NCBI GenBank assembly: GCA_030324005.1
Contig: JARDVH010000097.1
Location: 53,626,075-53,690,074, forward strand
Source of the DNA: Negaprion brevirostris
Taxonomy: Eukaryota
Direction: 5' to 3'
Length of the DNA stretch: 64,000 nucleotides
This document shows, piece after piece, positions 26,701-38,700 of this stretch; position 1 is the first letter of the stretch; every line of letters begins with the position of its first letter. The notes beneath the pieces were generated by a model. The model saw nothing but the letters and a program-made list of their open reading frames with translations, was not told the DNA's origin and ran no database searches. Made by a program: the position numbers and the translations under genes.

Positions 26701-29700
26701 CAATCTGAAAGGGGGGAAAAAAAACACAATAATAGAAGTAAAATGCTAGGAATATCTGTACGCTGTATACAAACACAGATCAGAACTATTTAACACAAAC
26801 CTGGAACACAAGCATTTGTATTAAATTTGTATGGAGACGTTTCCTCATGTGCACACCAATATATATTTTTATTAAATCTAAAGCAACTTCTTCAATAAAG
26901 AAGTTTTTACACTGGTCACAAGTTAACACCAGAACACAAAGTGGGAAAGACATTAACATTTGAAAAACAAAGAAAACTTTGGATGTAATCATCCTTCAGT
27001 TAGCACTGATGTCTCACTGCAATGACCCAAGCGGGGAATCAAACCCAGGTCCCTGACGTGGAGTCTGCACGGGTTTTCTCCGGCTGCTTTAGTTTCCACG
27101 CACAGTCCAAAAGATGTGCTGGTTAGGTGCATTGGTCATGCTAAATTCTTCCTCAGTGTACCTGAACAGGCACCAGAGCGTGGCAACTAGGGACTTTCCC
27201 AGTAACTTAATTGCTTTACTGTAAGCCTACTTGTGACATTAATAAACTTTAAACAGAACTCCAAAACTAAAATGTTATTTCTTTTTCTTAGAGATGTTGA
27301 ATGATCTGTATGTTTTTGGCAGCTTATTTTAGCATTTGCAGTTTTAAAAAAATGTTGGTTACTGTAATTAACTTCTTTGTTCTTTTGAATAGATTCAGTC
27401 CTCATACAATATGAATCAGTGACAATCTCAAGCAAGACATCAACACAGGCCCAGATCTTTGCACTCAAGGTTTCCTCTCCCCATTATCCTTGCTCTAATC
27501 ACACCAGGACTAACATGTAGTTGTTGGCCAACAGCAGTATTCTTTGCCTTGTCTTTCCCCATCCTACCACTTGCTGCTGAATTTATAACATAAACAACAT
27601 AAGAGCAGATTATGGAGTATAAATATAATGCAAACTTGCTCAATGATCAATCTGGTCAGGAACCACTTAGCAAGTCTTTCACAAGGCATGTTTAAGTTTC
27701 TACAAGCAGACTTCTATTGAATCATTTACATTTAGAATGCACTTAGAGTGTAAGAGAGAATTAAGCTTTGAAAATTCTTTCAGGTAGCTCTTTTGCAGAT
27801 GCCATCTGAGAAATCCTATTTATACTAAAAGGAGTTATAGCACAAGAGACAAGCCCTTTCCCTAGAGAACATTACATTGCCTACTTCATGGATTATGCTC
27901 AATGAAGACAAATACCCAGTCCTGTTCTGACAAATTCCTTTGTAGTAGAAATGGCACTCTTCAAGGTTGCATTTCTGATTATTTCTGAATTGTGCCTGCT
28001 CCCAATGGGGGTGGTTAAACTACTATTTGCATGTCTCCCATTAGTGAACTCTTGTCTAAAGGCATTAATAAAATCGTTTTTGTGTCCTTCAAAACTCTTT
28101 CATTAGACATCATTGGCATTTCAACTGAATGGTCACAAACCCAAAATATTACATAAGCATTTCAATCATTGCTACTTCTATGGCAAAAGCTTTCACTAAA
28201 GAAAATGTTCAAGTCTGAGCAGGAAAGAAGCCTTTGCTGCAGATTATTACCAAAACAAGAATCAGGTTGAATTGTATAAGCACTTCCAACTGAATCAAGA
28301 ACAAAAATACCTACCATCAAGTCAAATTAGCCTAGTTGTAATGGACTAGCAACCCAACCTCAATGAGATTGAGCATTCCTAATTCCAGTGGCAAGCTGCA
28401 AAACTGAATTCAATATGCATCAGCGAAAGTTATGCAAGCAGGGTTGTCATTTAAGAATTTCAACTGGCTTATTAATGGCCATCATGAAAGGACATATATC
28501 ACCACTATTGAACAATGTGATTAACCCACTCATAATACCCTCTGAAGTGCCAGTTTAAGTTGTATAAGCAAACTGCTATCATGAAAATTAAGGGAGAGTA
28601 TGACTGCAGCCGTGTCAACTTGCCAAAAGTGGCCATAACCTTCGTAACCATTCCAGAACAGTTACAAGCATCTGCCTGACAAATGTGTTGAATTGCCCAG
28701 GTATGTCCTGCCCAGAAAACACCAGTCAGATCCAATTCAATTAATTAGTGGCCCAATAGTTTGCTCTCCAGCAAAAATGTGTTAATAGTGCCATCAAATG
28801 GCATGCACTTGATGGGAATATAGCATCAAGGATCTTTAGTAAAACTGAAGTGGGAAATTGGTGGGGGTCAGGGCAGAAATTCTCCACTGGGAGTCGTACC
28901 TAGCACAAAGATGGTTGTAAGAGGGCAATCATCTCAGTCTCAGACATCAATCCAGGAGCTCAAGAAAAGTTTGAGGCTCAACTAGCTTCTTGTCATCAAT
29001 GTCAGAAATAGGGATGATAGCGAACAATTGGGTATTCAGTACCACTTGTAACTGGCCAGAGACCAAAGCAGTCTGTGGCCACATGCAGCAACATCTCAAT
29101 ATTCAGGCTTAGGCTGATGTGTGGCAGGAATGTTATCCCGTCACTTAAATGTCAAGCAATGATCATTTACAATAAAAGAATCTAACCATCTTCCCACGAG
29201 ACTAAATTACGTTTTGATCAAAATCCTGGGTTCTTACTAGTGACAAGAAACAGAATGGTCCAACTAACCATGTAAGAATTGTGTTCAGAGATTGGGAATT
29301 CTGTGGAAAGTAACTCATCTCTGACTTCCCAAAGCTTGCCTGTCCACTGTCTACATGGCATAAGTTAGGAGTGTAATGGAAAACTATCCACTTGCCTGGA
29401 TGAGCACAGCTCCAACACTTAAGCTCAACAACACACAGCACCCTATCAACCTTAAATATTCACCTCCTCCAAAGCCAGCAGTGGCAACGATGTATACCAT
29501 GTATAAAATGCACTGCAACAATTTGCCAAGGTCCTTGTGACTACACCTTCCAAATCCTCAACTTCTATCACCTAAAATGACAAGGGGAGTGAGTAGACAC
29601 ACCAGAACACCAGCAGCAGCAAGTTCTCCAAGTCATACGCATCATCCTGTTGGAACTGTAGTTATATTTTCTGTTGTAAGGCCAAAATTTCAAAAACCCA

Positions 29701-32700
29701 TAACATGGTAGGCACCCCCACGCCAGATGAACTGCAGCAATTCAAGGTCACCTAACACCTTAAGGGCAATTAAGGATGGGTAATAAATGTCAGCTCTCTC
29801 AACAGTCATCCTGAAAAATAAAACGTAATCTGTTTATTGCTGCTCTTCATTGCTATTGAGCCCATTTAGAAGGCAACTCGCAACCAATATTCTTAATATT
29901 CTTGTACTAATATCTTCCTAGTCTTAAGAAACAAAATTTAGACTTATTTCTCAATTCTTCTGATCTGACAGTTTGTGATCTGAGATCATGTGTATGAAGG
30001 TTTGAAACATAATTAGCTACATCTCCTTCATGCCAGACTTGGTATTATTTAGTAGCAACACTTTTAACCAAATTGATGCAATTATTACAATTACATTGAT
30101 GAACAGGAGTTTTTATATCTACCTGCTCAAAAGATCCCTAATCCAATAGTGATTGAACTGCAGTATTAACACTTCAAACAATTTTTGCTGGTGCATTTTG
30201 AACTCAAAACTGTGCCTCATCAGTTAAGCTATCATAACCTCACAAATACCTTGCCGAAATAGTGCAAAGGGGAGGCTGACTGGATGTGGAGATTGGAAGG
30301 GGCACAGATGAGGCAGACAAGATCAAGATCCAGTGGGGCTACTTGTTGGATCTTAAATTGGGGCAGCATGACATAAGAGCTAGCACTGCATCCTCATAGC
30401 GCCAGGTACCCTAGTTTGATCCTAGCCTTGGGTGACTGTTGCGTTTGCATATTTTCTGCGTGTTTGCTCAAGCTGCACTGTTTTCCTCCCACAGTCCAAA
30501 CATGTGCTGATTAAGTAGTTTGGTCATATTAAAATGCCCCTCAGGTGTCCAGTGATGTGTAGATTAGGTGGATTAGCCATGGTAAATGTGCAGGGTTACG
30601 GGAGGGAGAGTGCAAGATGCCTTTTGGCAAGTTGGTGCTAACTCAGTGGGCCAAATGGCCACCTTCTGAACACAGATTCCATTCAATGCCACACAGGAAG
30701 ACCAGCCACCTGGACGAGGAACCAGAAGGCAGCAACCAGGGAACTATTTTAAATGCATCAGCAACCTTCCAACAGGAAATAGGAAAATAAAGAAAAATCA
30801 AAAATAAACCCAAATCTTGAAAGGCTTTTTTATTATGTAAAATCAATTGCTTTGGAGTCTTCCTTGCATTGAAGGTCCAATGCAGAAGTCATGAAGTAAT
30901 TCAAATATCTGGATTTGAGAAACTTTTATTTGACTTCAACTCCACTACAATATCAGTTTGGGACATTACCAGAAACCATCCTGACACTTGCAGCACCCAA
31001 TAAACCTTAACTGGAATAAATAAAATTGCTGGAAATACTCAGCAAATCTGGCAGCATCTGTGGAGAAAGAAACAGAGGTTACATTCCAAATTGAATATGA
31101 CTTCTGCAGAACTGAAAGGAGGTAGAAATATGGTGGGTGGGTTTTAAGTACAATTGTCAAGTGCTTTTAAAGGTTGTAGATGGAAATGGTGCAAGGAAAT
31201 ATACAAATAATGCCAATGTTTCTTCTGTGTTTCCTTTATGTTACTAATCTTAATTGTTCAACTGATTGTGGGAGCAGAATTGAGTAAACACCCACTCCAC
31301 AAAGATGGATCGTTTCCCAGACCATCCTTGCACAATGAAGGTATATTCGCAATCTGTATTTTTATCTATATTCTTGAATATTTTACTTTGCTCCCTCTTT
31401 ACCTAAAGTCTGTGGTGTTTGGAGATGGAACCCCATTCATCAGTGAACTTATGAAGGGGAAAGTTTTACCTAACAAATTAGTTGATGTGATGCTCCATGC
31501 GTGCAAATTATAACTCGAAATGTAGTCAATGCACATTTCAACATTATACAACTCCAATCATAATGGACCAGATAAAGCGGAATTGCCAGCATTGGACTGG
31601 GGTCTCACAACACTAGGTTAAAATCCAACAGGTTTATTTGGTAGCACTCGCTTGAAGGAGCAGTGCTACGAAAGCTCGTACTACCAAATAAACCTCTGGA
31701 CTTTAACCTGGTGTTATGAGACTACTTACGGGACATGGTGAAAACTGTTTTATCAGCCAGTCATCAATTGGCCATTATGTGGTTCAACACCAAGTGAAAA
31801 AAAGCCTTTAATTTGTAAACTTTGGTGCCATGCAGATTTAAACTAGTAGTCATGAACTCAATTATCCATACTCTATAGCACCTACTTGTGCCATTACATA
31901 GGTTTCACCATATTTACAATACTGCTACACTGGTACCTGCATTATTGGATAAGCTAGTATAGCAATATTGTAAATATGGTGAAACCTAATGCTTAGGTTT
32001 AAGTGAATAAATACCACTCTGCCAGCGTGATCTTTCATTGTTAAAGTTAAGTTCAAAGTTTATTTATTAGTCACAAGCAGATGTATTACACTGCACTAAA
32101 GTTACTGTGAAAATCTCCTAGTCCCCACACTCTGGTGCCTGTTTGGATATACTAAGGGAGACTTTTGCATGGCCAATGCACCTAACCTGCACATCTTTGG
32201 ACTGAGGGAGGAAAGTGGAGTAACCCATGGAGACACAGGGAGAATGTGCAAACTTCACACAAAGTGACCCAAGCCGGGAATTGAACCCAGGACCCTGATG
32301 CCGTGAGGCAGCAGTGCTAATCACTGTGCCATCCTAGAAAAGGCGCCAACGAGAATTAAACTCAAATCGCTAAATTCACAGGCTAGAGTGATCATCATTA
32401 CACCACAGAACTTGTTGCTCAGTTCCACAAAGCTCCTAGTGATTGAGTTTGTTTGTTTGTTTCAGTCAGGAAGACTGATCAGTGACTTAGCAACCCAGGC
32501 CAAAGATAAATGTCTTCCAGAACTGGTTTCTGATCGGTGATCAATAACTGCTGTTGGAAAATAGACTGAAAGACTATTGAGTTTTTTTTTAAATGATGTC
32601 CTCCACTATTTAATAACATGCCCACACATATTGTCTTGAGCTTAGTTGAAGAATGCTCATTTTACATAGGTCTGCCAGCACTTCTATAAATCTATAATTT

Positions 32701-35700
32701 CAAGCCAGCGGAAATTAGAAACGGAACTTAATAGTTGCAGCCAAATCAGCAAAGCAACCCTGATGTTGCTTCTTGAGGTACTCATTTCAGTGTCAGATTT
32801 TGCTCCTCTCATTGGTTAGATTCTATGGAATTTGCACACAAGAACTTACCAACAGTAATGCGTAACTCCATCCCATTAGGCCTCAATGCTTTAACCACTA
32901 CAGAAATTGCCTCCAACAAAATGACATTTAGGTGATTAGTACTTTGAACTTACCAGCTGTGCCTTTGTCTGCTCTAATTCCAGCTCCAATTTCTTCTGTT
33001 GCAACTCAAGTAATTGTTTTTGTTTTGCTAACAGCTGCTGTCTTATAAACTGCTCTTGCTCCTGTGTTACGTTTTTCTGTGAGTCAGCAATGTTTTGTTT
33101 AGCTGAGTTTACAGGAGCAACTGTGGAACTTGAGGTGGTAGGTTCTTCAAGCTACGAGTAAGGAAAAAGTGAAGTTACGACCAGGATATTCCATAATTCT
33201 TCAAGGAAACTGCTACAAAATGAAATGCCAAAAAAGAGAAGCACCACAACATTTTGCAAATTGTCTTTATTTACACATGTAATTTAATTTTGGGAACCAC
33301 ATTAATTCAACCTGGATGAATAATGCAAGACGTATATGTTCCTTATGTTAGAGGTGAGATTCCTGTAATACTTACCGATCTGTTTAAAAACTTGGGATTT
33401 ACATGAATGCTTGAACTATTCACATTTGGTGGCAAAGGCTTAATAGGCCATGCAGGATCTAGTTTGTTGACTTTGACGTCTAAGGCATAAAGTTTCGTCA
33501 GTTGAAACATTTCATCCCATGTGGAACGCAACTTAAACAAACTTTTTCTAGTGCTCTCATCCACCTAAGAACAAAACATTAATCCAGCTTTATGTAATGC
33601 TTAATGTCTTTTATACATTCTTATAAACATACAAATATACACATCCTGAAAAGGTACATTATTCATTAGGAAGTACACTAATTTAAAACTTGCTTTGACA
33701 AATTTCAAAATCAGTCAAAAAAAACATTTTTTGCTACATTCCAAGTGATTAGCTCTTCTATTCCATCATTTGGTGGTTACACTTAAAATTGGGATGGGCA
33801 CCTGATACCTAAACAATTGCCTCCATCATTGTTTTTAAATGATCCACGTACACTTTCAAAGTAGCTGTCACCAACTGATTTTGGCTTTCATAACCAACCT
33901 TTCAGTTAGAGCACATTACCCAAAGTATAGTTTCCTTTTGGTCAAAGAGAGGAATGTCTAGGATACAACACTGCACAGTACAAATAGCATAACTTGAAAT
34001 GTTTATTTAACAAGTTAAATTTGTACAGCCAGGAGTACAATCCAGCATATTATGACACAATGTCACTCACTAGGGCTATTTACAATTGTTTTTAAATTCA
34101 ACTTGTCAAGTGATCAGATTATGACTAAACATAATAACTTGAAAGAGAGCAGCAGAGAACTGGATGGTGTGATAGGTTTAAACCCTGGTCCTTTGTCTCT
34201 GGGATCAGAGTTCAAATCCAGTCCAGTAGGACTGAAGTTTCTACTGCCTACAAGAAACCTGTGAAGTTGGGGCAGTCTCAATTCTACAAAATTTGTTCAG
34301 CAGGAAATGACAACCCCACTTGAGGCCCTAGAATAACTGGGGAGTGAAATGAGAAAACTATACTGGTGCAGGAGAAAGTTGAGGCAAAATATATTGCTGT
34401 GTGGAGCAAGAGGCTTTATTGCATCAGTTATGCAATATATGCCTGTAGAGTCCTGGATTCTTACACTAGGTCACAAAAACTGGGAAGGATTTAATTCTCT
34501 TGTTGCATCACTTTGATAAGCACAAGGGAAAAATAATCTTTGAAATAGGAATGATGATGGTAAGTGGTTGAATGAAAATTGCAAAAATGCACATGGTAAT
34601 TTCAGGAAGAACTGCAATCCCTCTTCAACACACGTAACTATGTGTAGAGATGCAGAATTGGCTGATGTTTCAAATCCGTGACCTTTCAAAACGTTCTTTT
34701 CCCTTGAATTATTTGGTAGTTCTTCTGTCAAGATTCTGTCTATGGTGGCACAGTGGTTAGCACTGCTGCCTTAGTGTCAGGGACGCGGGTTTGGTTCCTG
34801 GCTTGGGTCATTGTGTGGATTCTCCTCATGTCTGCGTGGGTTTCCTCCAAATGGTCCAGTTTCCTCTCTGCGCGGGTTAGGTGGATTGGCTAAGCTAAAT
34901 TCCCCTTACTGTCCAGAGGACTAACTAGGGTAAATATATGGGGACAGGGCCTGGGTGAGTTGTGATCGGTACAGACTCAGGGGGCTGAATGGCCTCCTTC
35001 TGCACTGTAGGATTCTATGGATCTATGAATATATTCCCACTGCACTGTTGTATGTGATGCTTACTGCGAAGTATTCAATATTTTAAGTACAAACCAACAA
35101 CATTATAATGCATTTATGCAGATTTTTCATATTAGTTGCAGTTAGAAAATATTGCATTTTACTTGGAAAAGACTATAAAAATTTGACTAAAATCTGACAT
35201 GTCCAACTAAATAATTAAAATAAATTGGATTTTGAGATTTATGTAGTCAAAAACCAATTAAAAACAAAAATCTAACACTACATGCATGTTGCACTTGAAG
35301 CTCACAAATTTTCAATGTTATGATTAACACTGAACCTAGCTAGTTGCTGCTCAAATGTTGCACTATGGAATTGCAGAAGTTGACATTCACTATTCCAACA
35401 CATGCTCATTTTAGTCATTTGTCTTTGTCAGTTGTAGGCAATGGTATCAACTTAACATTGAGGATCTTCTCGACATCATCTTCCCATAGTCCAAACGTTA
35501 GGTTAAGGGGATTAGCCACGGTAAATGCACAGGGTTATTAGGACAGGGTGGAGCGGAGGGCCTCGGTGGGATAGTGTTTTGGAGGGTCAGTGCAGACTTG
35601 GGCCAAATGGCCTCTCTCTGCATTGTAGGGATGCCCTGTTTTGCCCATTGTCCTCAAGAAGCAAATCCTTTGCACCTATGAAAACACGTGGAACTCAGCA

Positions 35701-38700
35701 TTCCTATAGGACATTAGGTATGTTTAACATAATTTTGGAACGGTCTGTTTACCTCTCAAATGTGAAATGCAGGTGCAACAAACAAAATTAAGTTTAGATC
35801 CCATGCACCAATAGAAATTGGTGGTGCTACACTTAACCGAAAGCTTAGTTTAGTAGCTTTCTATGTAAAGCAATGGAAAATCTAGTGTTTCCAAATACTG
35901 CCTAGTCAAGTTAAAGAAACTTAATCTTTCACTTTTAATCAATCCCAAAACATATCCAGAAGCGAAAAGCTTGATCTGTTACCAAAAGAAACCATTTACC
36001 CAAGTAGAATTTATCAAAAAGTCAGAACCTTAAGTGAAACTCAAGTAGTAACTGTTGTGCTGTATCCTTCAAACTAATTCATCTAATGGGGCAAATGAAA
36101 ATTTGCATTGGTACAATCCATTCTATGAAGGTTCAGTGGGGCCTGTTTCACAAAACTACATAATATTCAACTTAAACTAGGGGCCACAAGATTTCAATTG
36201 CTAATGATTATTCAGTCAATTTCATAGCTGATCAAAAATGCAACAATGAACAATCAGCAAAATCGCTGTCCAAGATTAACTCAATTCTATCCAATGTAAA
36301 ACCCATGTTAGCATGTTTTAACCTTTGAAATACTGCAGCACAAACTATAGTGATACTTGGGTGGGTGGAAGGGAAAAAAAAGCAGTAAAATAAATTTCCT
36401 TCAGACTCGTATTGTTTACATTGGAACAATTTAGACAACAATAATGTTAGAACACACTATTTTCTATCCAGCACTAGTCAGTACAGAAAGACTGAAAACA
36501 ATCACTGTTGAATCCCACCTACATCACAACTCCACAGATCAATTTGCATATGTCCCATAAGTTGCAATATCCAGTCATCAAAACATTCAAATACAATGTT
36601 TACAAAAATACATCCGCAGATTTAATCTAGTGACGAAAGTATAGATACCTTTTCAAAAACACTAGAAAATATAGGACTTAAGTTTTGAGCAAACAGTGAA
36701 ATATAGCTTCCTCCAACATTCTTCACAATGGAATCCATGAGGTACATTACTGGAAGCTTCTCTGAAGCTGGGGCCTGCAGCAATAGGAAAACTCAGAACA
36801 TTAGGAAAACAAAAACAGACAGGACAAGGCATTACTTTTTAAAATCGCAATGAAACATCAAATATTTTATGGGAGGATTTGTTTGCAGTTAATTGCAAAC
36901 TGTCCTCAAATCCTGCAGTTCCTTAAAAAAAAGTCCAACTCAGTTACTTGACAGTGGCTATGCAAACTTCAATTTGGTAACTGAGAAATATTTAAGAGAA
37001 TCTGTAAATCACATAAGTATTGATGACTGAAAGCTATCTCTACAATAAGCAGTTAAGTTTATGGTTTACTTCCACCTGTGGTGCTTCAAACCAAATCTTC
37101 CATGTTCTTAGGGCATCAGGAAGTTAGGGCTGAAGATTCACAATGCAATTTGCCAGCCATTCTTCATTTGAATTACAGCAGGAATGAGATGATGGCTAAT
37201 CAGAAAAAAATTACTTTTCTAGATAAAACCAAATCCAACTAAAACCTGTCTTTAAATTTATATCATTTGAAATATGTGCTTTCTCACCCAAGGGATTGTG
37301 CTCAAGTTACTATGGTCTTAATCATCTTTGCAATTATTTGCAAAGCAGCCAATTTCTCAAACAATATATTCTATGATTAATTGAATGTTAAATCGACATT
37401 GCATCCAAAAACACAAAGCAATTCTATTTTAGTTTCCTATTTTAACCACTACAAGGACGTAGTCACCTTAAGATGGCAATAAACACACGACTTCACTTGA
37501 ATTTAAATTTCAATACTTCAACATTTTCAATTAATTTTGAATGTGATATCAATTATATAAAAATTGAATGTCACAAAAAGATGACAGTATTATCAGTAGC
37601 AAGGAAATTCAATATTTCAACTTGCTCCGTTCTTTAATGCACCCATTTGTTATCCACTTTCAAAGATGTGATTAATTTCCCTTTGAATTTCTCCCCCTTA
37701 AAACTGAATTTAGAATTCCATCCAAAAGGCAAACACAAATGTTGGATATCCCTTTGATCTTTTGCACATTTTCTCTGTCATGAAGAAAAGGAAATCAGCC
37801 ATAACGCAATAGGCTGATTCATTAACCTTGTGTTGGCATGAGTTACAATCACATGGAGCATCATTGCCATCACCAATCTTGTCCCCATCCAAAATTCACA
37901 TTTTCCACCACGTTCTGGGTGTCTTTCCTATTTAGTGGAAAAATGAACAGTAACTGGAGCATAACTACCCTTGGCCACCTTATCAGCATTGGCCAGAGGT
38001 CAAATCTGGAACCTTAACTGCTCTTGATTTCCATCAAGTTCTGAAGGATTATGGTCCACTACCAGAAGTAGAAGCCCATGGTGTGGAGAATGGAACGCCA
38101 GCAGACACTCTATTGTGTGCAGATCTGAATTAGTACACATTTCCCTTCTACATAAAATAAAAAAGATGTCTAATTATTTGAACTTGTAAAAAAATGCAGC
38201 TCGACATTAAAATGTTTAATCAATTTTATAAGCATGCCATCACAATACTTCACTGAAAGATGACTACCTGCAACACAAATACAGAAAGTATATGACATCC
38301 AGCCCAAGGATTAGGCAGAACACTCTGCAAAATAACCTTATAAGCTATGCACCAAAACATTTTCCATAAAGATTATACACCAGGCTTACACAACTTGCAC
38401 ATGTAAATTTTGATTAGCTGCAAAATATTGCAAATATCCAAAAAAATCAACATATGCTTCACTAATTGGGCTATTTATAAAATAAACATCAGTGCACATT
38501 TCAAAGGTACAGTGGGCTAGATAATTGTCATGTAATAGCAACTGAACATTGCGAATTAAACACATTTGGATCTGTTGGAATCAAAGAAGTGGTAGTTGAA
38601 TATTTCAGATGTGAATTTACTGCACTGTTCTCTGCACAACAGAGGTACATGAATGCAGGTCAGCCTACAGATTCACATTCAGGGAACAGTTGTGTAACTG

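Noticed and set aside
31907-31928. The minus-strand arm UAGCAGUAUUGUAAAUAUGGUG resembles miR-16
   Set aside because: The seed differs, two gaps are needed, it lies on the 3' arm, and the near-perfect stem is unlike miR-15/16 precursors. Treated as chance.
36640-36650. Intron-2 donor GTATCT as a possible U12-type intron
   Set aside because: It reads GTATCTAT rather than GTATCCTT, and I saw no convincing TCCTTAAC branch site before exon 3.
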